Below, piece by piece: positions 19,219-29,258 of a DNA stretch of 64,000 nucleotides. The DNA comes from Candidatus Latescibacterota bacterium (GTDB lineage Bacteria; Latescibacterota; CBDEFO01): NCBI GenBank assembly GCA_965248755.1, contig OZ252149.1:2848001-2912000 (forward strand). The letters are read 5' to 3'. How positions within the stretch are numbered: position 1 is the first letter of the stretch; each line of letters begins with the position of its first letter. The notes beneath the pieces are model-generated. The model worked only from the letters and a program-made list of their open reading frames with translations. It searched no databases and was not told the DNA's origin. The position numbers and the translations under genes were made by a program.

Positions 19219-20733
19219 ATGCCTTCGTTCAGAAGACCAAGGGGTACTGAAGACTTTCTCCCAGATGAGATGATCATAAGAAGTTACGTCGAGGGTATTA
19301 TGAGGGAGACGTTTGAATCTTACGGTTTTCAGCAGGTGCAAACGCCTATCTTTGAGGAATTTGCGTTGCTTGCAGCGCGTTCAGGCGAGGAGATTCGGGA
19401 AGGTATGTTCACCTTCGTAAGCGACGACACTGAATATGCCCTGCGACCAGAACTAACGGCGCCTGTATGCCGCCTTGTGGCTACGGGAGAGTTAGAGCCT
19501 TTCCCAAGACCGTATAAGGTCTACTGTATCGGACAATGTTTCAGATACGAGCGGCCGCAGGCGGGACGATACAGGGAGTTCAGGCATGCCAGTTTGGAGC
19601 TTATAGGATCCTCATCACCGATGGCAGACGCCGAGGTGATCAGCGTCGCTTCCAGTATACTTGACAAGTTGGGAATTTCCGACTACACCTTGAAAGTCGG
19701 CAACATCGGCATCTTTCGTTATGTTCTGGCGAGCAAGGGTTTCGACTATAACTTCCAAAGTAAGATTATAAGTGATATAGATAATGTCATCAGCCTGCGA
19801 GAAAAATGCGAAACTATTAGAGGGCGATCCAACTTTGAACGCGATGACATCGAATACGTCAAAGGAAAAATCAGAGACCTTTACACCTTTCAGGATGAGG
19901 TGGACTACGAGGGAGAACATGAGATCGTACCTCAGCGGGTCCTCGATGAGGCTTCTATAAGAAGATGGCTTGATGAGCTTCCACTCGTCGCTGAGGACAC
20001 ATACCGTAGCATCTGGGTAAAAAAGGACGTTATAGGTGAAGAGCTGGCAGATCTCTTAATCAATATATCGAAAGTCAGAGGAAGCAAAGATGAAACCCTC
20101 CAAGCTGCAAAAGACCTCATCTGGAATACAGATGCAAAGGGTGCTTTCAAAGAGCTTCAGGAGGTGCTCAACTGGCTGGAACACTATGGAGTGAGTAATT
20201 ACCAGGTGGTCCTGGGAGTAGCACGCGGCCTGGACTACTATACGGGAACTGTATTTGAGATTGATTGCCCGTTGCTCGGCGCTCAAAAGCAGATATGTGG
20301 TGGGGGGAGATACGACAAACTGGTAAGCGAATTTGGGGGGCCGGAGATACAGGCGACAGGATTTGCTTTCGGCTTCGACAGAGTCACAGAGGCGTTTAAA
20401 AAGAGTGACGGGATCGTCCCCCCCCCAAAGGTCCATATCTTTGTCGCTGCTGTTTCAGAAGATATGAAGGCAAAGGCGGTCGAAATAGCAGGTATGTTAA
20501 GAGGTCGCGGTAAGAGGGTGGAAGTCGATATGCTGAAACGGGGCCTGCAGGACCAACTCGGTTATGCCTCCGGCATAAACTGCGATTATGCTGTGATCGT
20601 GGGTCCGGACGAGCTTGAGAAGGAGTCCGTGATTCTAAGAAATATGAGGACTCGAGAGCAAGAATTAGTTGCTATCTGTTCGCTTGCCGATTCGGTAAAC
20701 CAGTCCCCGATTGAATCTATCGGGGGTAGCTGA
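19219..20733 (+). CDS. hisS: Histidyl-tRNA synthetase (archaeal-like, enlarged insertion domain); may also serve a HisZ role
   Basis: PRGTEDF, LRPELTAP, FRYERPQAGRYREF, RGLDYYTG, GGGRYD, C-terminal anticodon-binding domain; AAGGAG SD before ATG 19219. Confidence 0.85.
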   Translation: MPSFRRPRGTEDFLPDEMIIRSYVEGIMRETFESYGFQQVQTPIFEEFALLAARSGEEIREGMFTFVSDDTEYALRPELTAPVCRLVATGELEPFPRPYKVYCIGQCFRYERPQAGRYREFRHASLELIGSSSPMADAEVISVASSILDKLGISDYTLKVGNIGIFRYVLASKGFDYNFQSKIISDIDNVISLREKCETIRGRSNFERDDIEYVKGKIRDLYTFQDEVDYEGEHEIVPQRVLDEASIRRWLDELPLVAEDTYRSIWVKKDVIGEELADLLINISKVRGSKDETLQAAKDLIWNTDAKGAFKELQEVLNWLEHYGVSNYQVVLGVARGLDYYTGTVFEIDCPLLGAQKQICGGGRYDKLVSEFGGPEIQATGFAFGFDRVTEAFKKSDGIVPPPKVHIFVAAVSEDMKAKAVEIAGMLRGRGKRVEVDMLKRGLQDQLGYASGINCDYAVIVGPDELEKESVILRNMRTREQELVAICSLADSVNQSPIESIGGS

Positions 20734-20735
20734 CC

Positions 20736-22046
20736 ATGGAGGAAAAGCCATTAATCAACCTTGTCTTCGCCGGCCATCTGGATGGCGGAAAATCGACTCT
20801 GGTCGGGAGAATGCTCTACGAACTCGGTCGCTTACCAGAGCAGACGATCTCCAGGTTAAGAAGACACGCTAAGGCGGCTGGAAAAGAGACATTTTTCTAC
20901 GCCTTCAACTCAGACCGAAGTCTCGAGGAACGTGAAAGAGGCATAAGCATAGAAGCACACTTTGATGACTTTGAGACGGAGCAGAGAAGGTTCAATATCA
21001 TCGACGCTCCCGGGCACCAAGACTTTGTAAAGAATATGATCATGGGGGCGGCAAAGGCAGATGTCGGGGTCTTGGTACTGGATGCTCAAGAGACCTCTCA
21101 AGAAGAGCTACAGCCTCAGACGAGGGAGCATCTTATTCTGCTCCACTCCCTCGGAGTCGAAAAGCTTATTGTAGTCGCTAATAAAATGGATCTGGTGGAC
21201 TACTCCAGGGAGATCTATGAATCCTTAAAGATCAAAATAGAAGATTTTCTCAAGCAAGTCCTGTGTAAGTTCCAGGATGAGGTTGTATATGTTCCTGCCT
21301 CAGCATACTGTGGAGAAAACGTCATTGAATCATCCGATAGGTTGCTGTGGTATTCTGGCCCTACGTTTCTGGAGGCTCTGGAAGGCATAGAACAGCCTCA
21401 CAGACTTGTGGATGCGCCTCTTCGAATGCCGATTGTCAGGACGTTCAACGTCCAGTTTGGCGCTACGGCCACCGGAAAGATAGAGACGGGAAGAGTTCGA
21501 CCGGGTGATACGGTCGTAATCGTTCCGTATCCTGGAATAGGTTCTATAACGGGACGTGTCAGTTCGATAAAATGTAAGGATGAAGATAAAAAGGAGGCAA
21601 CTGCCGGAGATGATGTCGGTCTCCTCTTGGAACAGTTAGAGCAGGGGTTCGTAATACGGAAGATTAAAAAGGGATTTATGCTTGCCGGCCCTGAGCATCC
21701 TCCGGTCGAGGCAGAAAGGTTCAAGGCCCGGATTGTAGTGTTAGACCATCCGTCCGAAATCAGAGCTGGTTATACGCCGTACCTGCATTGCCATCAAGCG
21801 TCCCTCCCATGCCGAATTACAGAAATTGAAGATGTACGGGACTCAAAGAGTAACGAGCCAAAAGAGTCGAATAGTGGAAGTCTTGTAAATGGCGATACGG
21901 CAACAGTGTGGATCGAACCTCAAAAGCCTCTCGTAATAGAAAAGGCACAGGATTTTCCTCGGTTAGGGAGATTTGCATTACGAGACGGAAGAACTATAGG
22001 AAGCGGCACGTGCCTAGAGATTGTCCCAAAAGAAAATAGACAGTAG
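20736..22046 (+). CDS. EF-1alpha-like translational GTPase
   Basis: GHLDGGKST, ERERGISI, DAPGH, NKMD; EF-1alpha-type insert after G1; IVVLDHP...GYTP and LGRFALRD in domain III. Confidence 0.85.
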   Translation: MEEKPLINLVFAGHLDGGKSTLVGRMLYELGRLPEQTISRLRRHAKAAGKETFFYAFNSDRSLEERERGISIEAHFDDFETEQRRFNIIDAPGHQDFVKNMIMGAAKADVGVLVLDAQETSQEELQPQTREHLILLHSLGVEKLIVVANKMDLVDYSREIYESLKIKIEDFLKQVLCKFQDEVVYVPASAYCGENVIESSDRLLWYSGPTFLEALEGIEQPHRLVDAPLRMPIVRTFNVQFGATATGKIETGRVRPGDTVVIVPYPGIGSITGRVSSIKCKDEDKKEATAGDDVGLLLEQLEQGFVIRKIKKGFMLAGPEHPPVEAERFKARIVVLDHPSEIRAGYTPYLHCHQASLPCRITEIEDVRDSKSNEPKESNSGSLVNGDTATVWIEPQKPLVIEKAQDFPRLGRFALRDGRTIGSGTCLEIVPKENRQ

Positions 22047-22165
22047 AGAGGGGCACATGCACCCATTACCCATCTCAAGAGGTCGGTGGAACAGACATTC
22101 TTTTCTGTTCTTTAGAAGTAGACAGTAAGTTAGGCGGTGTTCCTACCTGCTACGTAAACTAAACA

Positions 22166-22924
22166 ATGGATACCAAGAAATCTACAAAGAAGCTGAAGAT
22201 AGCCCTTCCCAAGGGAACCCTGCAATCAGATACGTTAGCTCTGTTTACGAAGGCGGGCTACACGATAGGAGGCTACAACACAGAGAACCGGAACTACAGG
22301 CCCACGATCCACGACCAAGAGATAGAACTCAAGGTCTTGCGACCGCAGGAGATCCCACTTTTTGTATCCGATACGGCATATGATTTGGGTATTGCCGGCA
22401 TAGACTGGGTGCTGGAAAACGGCATTCAGCAGCGCGATCAGACCCAACAGATAGAGGAGATTCTGGATCTGGAATATGGGCCGGTGCAATTGGTGCTTGC
22501 TGTGCCTGAGGATTGGTCGGATGTGGATTCGTTCGGGGACCTTATGGAATTTCACTGGGGAAACGTAAGGATCGCCACAGAGTATCTCAATCTGGCCTCG
22601 AAATATGTCCTTGAACGCACCGATTCAGAGCCCAGCATCAGATCGCCCTGGAGCCAGAGGTATCGTCAGCATACGTCGAGGGTGGAGCTTCTGCACTCGT
22701 TTGGAGCAAGTGAAGGTAAGCCTCCGGAAGATAGCGAGGCTATAATAGATATTGCAAGTCCAAAGGCGACAACAATAAAGGAAAATGGGTTGAAGATAGT
22801 AGATGTCATATTAACATCTACGGCTCGACTTTTGGCTTCATCCAAAGCCCTTGCTGATCCTTGGAAAGCTGTGAAGATAAACGAAGTCAAAGAGAAGCTG
22901 GCAAAAGCCATCTCGTCCGATTGA
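22166..22924 (+). CDS. hisG: ATP phosphoribosyltransferase-like protein, lacking the C-terminal regulatory domain
   Basis: IALPKG, LRPQEIP, DLGIAGIDW, LDLEYG, RIATEY, SFGASEGKPP, STARL. Confidence 0.8.
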   Translation: MDTKKSTKKLKIALPKGTLQSDTLALFTKAGYTIGGYNTENRNYRPTIHDQEIELKVLRPQEIPLFVSDTAYDLGIAGIDWVLENGIQQRDQTQQIEEILDLEYGPVQLVLAVPEDWSDVDSFGDLMEFHWGNVRIATEYLNLASKYVLERTDSEPSIRSPWSQRYRQHTSRVELLHSFGASEGKPPEDSEAIIDIASPKATTIKENGLKIVDVILTSTARLLASSKALADPWKAVKINEVKEKLAKAISSD

Positions 22925-23136
22925 TCCGAAGGAGAATTCCGCTTCGAGATTGCTTCGTCAGACAGGAATGTCTGACCCACCTTTTTATATATGTTGGTAG
23001 GACAGACATTTTTGTCTGTCCTGAAGGCCTGGGCAAGCAACGTCATTGCGACCCCCGATTTAATCGGGGGCAGCGAAGCAATCTCAAAGATTGTCCATCC
23101 CCAGGTTTGATTGCTCTGCTTACGAGAGTGAACCTA

Positions 23137-24407
23137 TGCAAGTCTATAGATTAAATGACCTGTCCGAAGCCCAAAGGGATAAAATACTCAAAAGGTCAGA
23201 AGCCGAGTTTGAGAACCTCATTCCCTACGTGCAAGAGATTATGGATGACGTCAGACAAAATGGAGATGAGGCTCTCTTGAGGCTGACCGAACTACATGAC
23301 CGCGTAAGAATATCGGACATTGCCGTCGCGGATGAAGAGTTCGACAGAGCCTACGAGGAAGTGGGGGATCCTGGAGTCTCTGCCCTTAAACACGCGATGC
23401 GAAATCTGGAGGTCTTCCACAGGACCCAACTCGTCGAAGAGGAGATAGTTCAGGTGGACGAAGGCATCCGAATCGGTCGCCTTAATCGACCCGTTGAGAA
23501 AGTCGGCATCTATATTATCAGCGGTTACACCTCCGAGGTGCTGATGAACGGGGTGCCCTCTGGGATTGCGGGCTGTAAAGAGCGTGTCATCTGCACTCCC
23601 CCGCAAGAGGGTGGAAGCGTCCCCGCATCGATTTTAGTTGCGGCGGATCTTGTCGGCGTACGGAGGATATTTAAGGTAGGAGGTGCGCAGGCAATTGCAG
23701 CCATGACCTACGGTACGGAGACGATTCCAAAGGTTTACAAGATCTTTGGAGCGGGGAATAACTACGTGACAGTGGCTAAGATGCTGGCCTTTGGCCACGT
23801 GAACATAGATCTTCCAGCCGGCCCAAGCGAGATTTTCATCATCGCCGACGAGAGCGCCGATGCAAGATTTGTCGCCGCCGATCTGATCTCTCAGGCGGAA
23901 CACCCAAACTCAGCGTGTATACTTATCACAACATCTCAAGCTTTAGCTGCTGACGTCAAAAGGCAAATTGATCAGCAACTTGCCCTCCTCCCCACAAAGG
24001 AGTGTGTGCAGGGAGCAATCGAAAAGAACGGCGCGATCGTAATTGCGGACGATCTTGCCGAGTCCATAGACTTTGCCAACGCATATGCGCCCGAACATCT
24101 GGAGATTATGACCACAGACGATCAGGCGATCCTCGAAAAGATCACGAACGTCGGCTCCGTATTTCTGGGTCCGTACTCGACGGTACCGGCGGGGGATTAT
24201 GCCTCAGGCAGCAATCACGTGCTGCCCACAGGTGGTTTTGCAAAGATGTTCTCCTCTCTTTCGGTTGACTCGTTTATCCGTAAGGTGGAGGTGCAACAAT
24301 TAAGCAAAGAAGGGCTTTCTTCAATCCGAAAAGCTGTGGGATATTTGGCTGATGTTGAGGGATTTGCCGCCCACAAAAGGGCAGTGGAAATCCGTCTTGA
24401 GAATTGA
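23137..24407 (+). CDS. hisD: Histidinol dehydrogenase
   Basis: GGAQAIAAM, DLPAGPSE, SQAEH, APEHLEI, GDYASGSNHVLPT. Confidence 0.92.
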
Positions 24408-24425
24408 CTAAGGGGTAGACGAAAA

Positions 24426-24629
24426 ATGAGGCGTGAAGAGCACAGATGGCTCTTTGACCATCTTGATATAGTTAGACAGTTTACGGGAGAATGGATCGCC
24501 GTATTGGATGATGAGATCATAGCTCACAGCAAGGACTTTCAAAACGTGATGGACGAAGGGAGAAAGATACACCCTAACCCTCTACTTATCTGGGTGCGTG
24601 AGGATATAGGGACCGGTGGGACAGTATAA
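24426..24629 (+). CDS. Small DUF5678-like protein
   Basis: FTGEWIAVLDDEIIAHSKD pattern. Confidence 0.6.
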   Translation: MRREEHRWLFDHLDIVRQFTGEWIAVLDDEIIAHSKDFQNVMDEGRKIHPNPLLIWVREDIGTGGTV

Positions 24630-24797
24630 TCCCAAATGAGTATCGAGTAGTCCCCGATTCCCGACAGGTTCGATCGGGGGTAGTGGATAGGTCAATGTGG
24701 CAGCAAGCCACGAACCGGTTTTCCCTACGTAGCTGTCTACTATGTTGGATCTCTATGATCGTGTCCAGTTGTCAATTTTGCCCATAATCTCTACTGA

Positions 24798-25811
24798 TCA
24801 GGGCTTTTGTGCACGAGAGGTCAAGTCGTTGCGCGTCTGCCCTGCTATGTTATGGTGCTTCTCGCCCGACGCATCCACGGGGTCAACGTGTATGGTGGCA
24901 TTGGAGAGGTAGCCCAGGTGATTCAAAAGTTGGCTCTGTACCTTATTGGCTATCTCATGCCCTTGTGCCACGGTTAGCTCGGATTCCACAGCGATGTTCA
25001 CTTCGGCGTGCAGTCGATGTCCTATCCATCTTACTCTAACTTCGGTGACCTCGCGGACCTCTGAAACTTGATTCGCAGCTCCTCTTGCCTCCTGGATGAT
25101 CTCAGGATCTACTCCGTCTAAAAGGCGGCTGAATACGGATTTTCCAGCTTTCCACACTATCCAGAGAATCGCAGCGGTGATAAGGAGTCCTACAATGGGG
25201 TCTGACAGCGGATAGCCGAGCCAGATGCCCAGCGCTCCGAACAACACAGCAAGACTGGTCCAGCCGTCTACGCGCGCGTGGTAACCGTCCGCAACAAGAG
25301 CCGCACTGCCTATCTCCTTGCCTACCTTAATGCGGAAAAGTGCAACAGCTTCATTGCCCCCAAACCCAACTATCGAAGCGGTGATCACCGCCCACAGATG
25401 CTCTACATTCTGCGGATGTATTAACCGATTGATCGATTCGTACCCCGCGATAACAGCGCTGAACAGAATAATAAACACGATAACTACTCCGGCAAGATCT
25501 TCAACCCTGCCGTAGCCGTAAGAGAATCTCCTGTTGGGCTTTATGCTCACAAGCTTGAAAGCGATCCACAGTGGGAGAGCTGTGGCAGCATCGCCGAAGT
25601 TGTGAATCGTATCTGCCAAAAGAGCAACGCTTCCAGAGAGCCAGACGACCAGGACCTGGAGCAGTGCAGTAAGCATCAGTACGGAAAATGACCATTTAAT
25701 AGCCCAGATTCCCCGATCACTACTCATCACTGCAGGGTCCACAACTCCGTGGGTATGGCTGTGTGAACCGGGATGATCGCCCTTGTGCGAATGCCTGTGT
25801 CCTGACACCAT
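24798..25811 (-). CDS. Cation diffusion facilitator transporter
   Basis: His-rich N-terminus, SGSVALLADTIHNFGD, YGYGRVED, SAALVADGYHARVD. Confidence 0.93.
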   Translation of the reverse strand: MVSGHRHSHKGDHPGSHSHTHGVVDPAVMSSDRGIWAIKWSFSVLMLTALLQVLVVWLSGSVALLADTIHNFGDAATALPLWIAFKLVSIKPNRRFSYGYGRVEDLAGVVIVFIILFSAVIAGYESINRLIHPQNVEHLWAVITASIVGFGGNEAVALFRIKVGKEIGSAALVADGYHARVDGWTSLAVLFGALGIWLGYPLSDPIVGLLITAAILWIVWKAGKSVFSRLLDGVDPEIIQEARGAANQVSEVREVTEVRVRWIGHRLHAEVNIAVESELTVAQGHEIANKVQSQLLNHLGYLSNATIHVDPVDASGEKHHNIAGQTRNDLTSRAQKP

Positions 25812-26380
25812 ATGCCCTGTCTCTACAGATTCTGAAAGACCTTACTTAATGTTCTTGCAGGCTCCTTCAAAGCTTCGGATATACCCGATTGATTCTATCG
25901 GGATCGGTAAGCTTAGTAGTTACACACTTGGTATTTCTAACAGATAGATCTATCCACGAATAGCGTATTCAGTTGCCGTAGAAAATGACACGACACTTCT
26001 CTCCTACAAAGTGGATATAATATCTCTTGATTGTCCATATCGTAGGACAATAATAATGGAGTCGGCATAGTTTGTCAAGGTCTCATTTTGCAAGAATTCC
26101 AGAAGGCTTCCTAGTACGATTAAGACTCTGAATATGCAAAGATTACATCATCACAATCAGGACTCCTCCTCCAGGGCAGCACGTCAACTCCCTGTAAGCC
26201 ATTGAGGCGCTTAGAAATATTCACCCAACGGAGCCCCTATCCACAAAATGTCCAGATAAGAAGGTAAAATCGTGCCCTTTCCTCTCCCAAGAAACTTGTA
26301 GTTGACATTGGATCGGTAATTTCATAATATTATAGAGAAACTGTGTCTTTATGTGTAACTTCAGCACAGAGGACAGAGGG

Positions 26381-27100
26381 ATGTACAGGATAACCAGATA
26401 GACAAAAGACATCCCCCCGTCTTGGAGATAGACCCTGGTGAGATTGTGGTCTTGGAGACGTACGACGCCCGCACAGGTACGATACAGTCTGAGGAGGACA
26501 TTCTGGATCGTCCGCACCCTGTGGGTTGCAACCCTTCTACAGGATCTATCTACGTAAGAGGGGCAGAGCCCGGCAACAGTCTCGTCGTGGAAATAGAGAA
26601 GATAGAACTTTGTGACCGGGGTTTCGTCGCAGTAAAAGCCGGTGAGGGGTTTTTAGCGCATGGCTCTTAGCACATATGGCTCCCAGATTCGGTACCAGCA
26701 TGGTCTCTGTTGAGGGCATGGAACTCATCTTCAGCGACAAGACAAGATTTCCCGCAAAGCCGATGGTCGGTGTCATCGGAACTGCTCCCGAGGGAGAGGG
26801 GGTAAGGACAGGACTTCCCGGATCTCACGGCGGAAACATGGACAACACCGAAGCAAAAGAAGGCTCCAAAATCCATCTCCCTGTCTTAGTTCCAGGTGTT
26901 CTCCTTTTGATCGGAGACGTACACGCCTCTATGGGAGATGGAGAGATATCCAATCTCGGTTTAGAGAGATATGCACCGAAGTCACGGTCAAAGTAGATCT
27001 CCTCAAAGGAGAGACCATATAGAGGCCATGGATAGAGACTCTCCCGACGCCTGGGTCAGCATAGGCGATGCTTATGACCTTTCTGAAGCGCAAGGGGAGA
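26381..27100 (+). pseudogene. Degraded acetamidase/formamidase-family gene
   Basis: NPSTGSIYVRGAEPG, PMVGVIGTAP, HGGNMD, GDVHASMGDGE spread over several frames with stops. Confidence 0.8.
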
Positions 27101-27201
27101 CCTCAAAATATCTCAGTGCTGTGATCCGGGAGAATTCCCCGCAACCACGAGGGTCGTAATGCCTAAACTCTCAAGCTAATATGTTCTATTACAAAGATGA
27201 G

Positions 27202-27300
27202 TGTAGCGCGAACCCCTGTGTGGTGGAGGAAGAGATCTGGCGACAAGCCACGAAGTGGTTCGCCCAAATTTCGGGCGGATGCACTGGGAAAGCCCCTACA
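27202..27300. repeat. Degenerate GTAG-family REP doublet
   Basis: GTAGCGCGAACCCCTGTG...GGTTCGCCC facing GGGCGGATGCA...GCCCCTAC. Confidence 0.5.
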
Positions 27301-27353
27301 GATCTGTCTGGCATATCCCAGAACTTTCTGGGGAAAAGGATCAGGAGACATAA

Positions 27354-29198
27354 ATGCCCAGCAGGATAAAGATACTCCCACTGAGCCTGTCCAACAAGAT
27401 AGCAGCAGGAGAAGTTGTCGAACGCCCCGCATCTGTCGTCAAGGAACTGATCGAAAACTCAATAGATGCAGGCGCCTTGAGGATAAGTGTAGAGGTCGCC
27501 GCTGGCGGCAAGCAGGCAATAAGGGTCTCCGACGACGGAACTGGAATGTCCAAAGACGAGGTTGCCCTGGCGTTAGAACGCCACGCCACAAGCAAGATTT
27601 CATCTGAGTCCGATCTGGAGTCTATAGTCTCACTCGGATTCAGGGGCGAAGCCCTGCCCAGCATAGCCTCCGTCTCCAAGATGGCAGTCGAATCGCGCTC
27701 TTCCGAAGACCCTACAGGGACAAAGGTGGTCGCAGAAGGGGGAAAGATCAAAGCTATAGAGGACATGGGCAGAGATACGGGAACCACTGTAACTGTAAGC
27801 CGACTCTTTTACAACACTCCTGCAAGGAGAAAATTTCTGAAAGGCACTGACACTGAGATGAGGCACATCACCCGCACTGTAGCCGATCATGCTCTGGCCT
27901 ATCCGGAAATAGGTTTTACGCTTATGCACAGCCGCAGAGAGATATTCCGCCTTCTCAGAGGCTCAAACGTCAACAAGAGAGTCGAAGATATCTTCGGGAG
28001 TTCAGTAATGAAGCGAACGGTGCCCCTGTGCCTTGACGGAAAAGGCATCGCCATCGAGGGCTTCATCGGCGATCCGGAGATAGCGAGGAAATCCAGACTG
28101 CATCAGGCTATATTTGTGAACAGGCGTCCCATAACCAGTAAGATCCTCAACCACGCTATCTATGCCGCCTACGAGGGCCTCCTTCCCAAAGACAGCCACC
28201 CATTCTTTGCCGTCTTTTTCCAGATAGACCCCAGATACGTGGACGTCAACGTTCATCCCGCAAAAAGAGAGGTGCGCTTCTCAGATGATCAAAAAGTCCA
28301 CGATGCTCTATACGAATGTGTAAGGTCAGCCCTCTCTACCGGAGGGTTGATCCCCCAGATGGACATTCCTCAAGTCCAGGAACCCCGTGCTTCCAGCCCA
28401 ACTGTGCGTGACACGCAGACAGAGTCGTCCCCCGTATACGAAAAGCAGAACCGAGAGCTCTTTGGGTCGAAGATGGACGAGGCACCCCAGGAATACCTAC
28501 AATCTGATCTCTCCCCCAAGAAGGATCTGAGCTCTCAGTTCTCTCTACCCCTATCCAGCACAGAAAAGGTCCTCAGGTCTTCGGTTTCGAAACCTCAAGA
28601 AGAGGAGATACACCACACAGCATCGGAGCACGCTGATGTCTCTTTATGGCAGCTCCACGAGAAATACATCTTCGCCCGCATCAAAAACGGACTCATAATA
28701 GTCGATCAGCATGTCGCCCACGAGCGCATCATCTATGAGGAGACCTTGAAGAACTTAAGCGAAGCCCCCGCATCGGCACAGCAGCTGCTTTTGCCTGTCA
28801 CAATGGAGTTAGGGGTAAAGGAGATCGAAGTTTTGATGGAGATCATCCCCCTCTTAGAGCAGATGGGATTCGGCATGAGAGACTTCGGAGGGAGAACCGT
28901 AGTTATCGATGCTGTCCCCGCAGATATTATGAGCAGTTGGGGCGATGGAGAGGTGTTGAAGGCCATTATAGACGATATAATTCAAGAGGGTCACCCCAAA
29001 TCAGAGTACAAGGAAGAGCTAGCGGCGTCGTACGCCTGCCACACCTCCATAAAGGCTGGACAGGGTCTATCCACCGCGGAGATGCAGACCCTCATAGACC
29101 GGCTCTTCGCCACGGAAAATCCCTTCGTATGTCCGCACGGACGCCCCATTGTGGTCAGAATGCCCATCGAAGAACTCGATAAGAGATTCGGAAGGTGA
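27354..29198 (+). CDS. mutL: DNA mismatch repair protein MutL
   Basis: IAAGEVVERPASVVKELIENS, LGFRGEAL, DVNVHP, DQHVAHER, CPHGRP. Confidence 0.97.
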   Translation: MPSRIKILPLSLSNKIAAGEVVERPASVVKELIENSIDAGALRISVEVAAGGKQAIRVSDDGTGMSKDEVALALERHATSKISSESDLESIVSLGFRGEALPSIASVSKMAVESRSSEDPTGTKVVAEGGKIKAIEDMGRDTGTTVTVSRLFYNTPARRKFLKGTDTEMRHITRTVADHALAYPEIGFTLMHSRREIFRLLRGSNVNKRVEDIFGSSVMKRTVPLCLDGKGIAIEGFIGDPEIARKSRLHQAIFVNRRPITSKILNHAIYAAYEGLLPKDSHPFFAVFFQIDPRYVDVNVHPAKREVRFSDDQKVHDALYECVRSALSTGGLIPQMDIPQVQEPRASSPTVRDTQTESSPVYEKQNRELFGSKMDEAPQEYLQSDLSPKKDLSSQFSLPLSSTEKVLRSSVSKPQEEEIHHTASEHADVSLWQLHEKYIFARIKNGLIIVDQHVAHERIIYEETLKNLSEAPASAQQLLLPVTMELGVKEIEVLMEIIPLLEQMGFGMRDFGGRTVVIDAVPADIMSSWGDGEVLKAIIDDIIQEGHPKSEYKEELAASYACHTSIKAGQGLSTAEMQTLIDRLFATENPFVCPHGRPIVVRMPIEELDKRFGR

Positions 29199-29258
29199 AC
29201 CGAGAGTTGTAGACAGGGAAACTCCTCTCCCGCCTGTCTACTCATTTGATGACCCCTG

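Noticed and set aside
20736..22046. Calling the GTPase SelB, EF-Tu or CysN
   Set aside because: It has no winged-helix C-terminal extension (SelB), has the EF-1alpha-type insert absent from EF-Tu, and has no adjacent cysD or APS kinase domain; left without a gene symbol
27197..27353. Possible cobalamin riboswitch (GCACTGGGAAAG) upstream of mutL
   Set aside because: Other core elements are missing; a degenerate GTAG REP doublet explains it better
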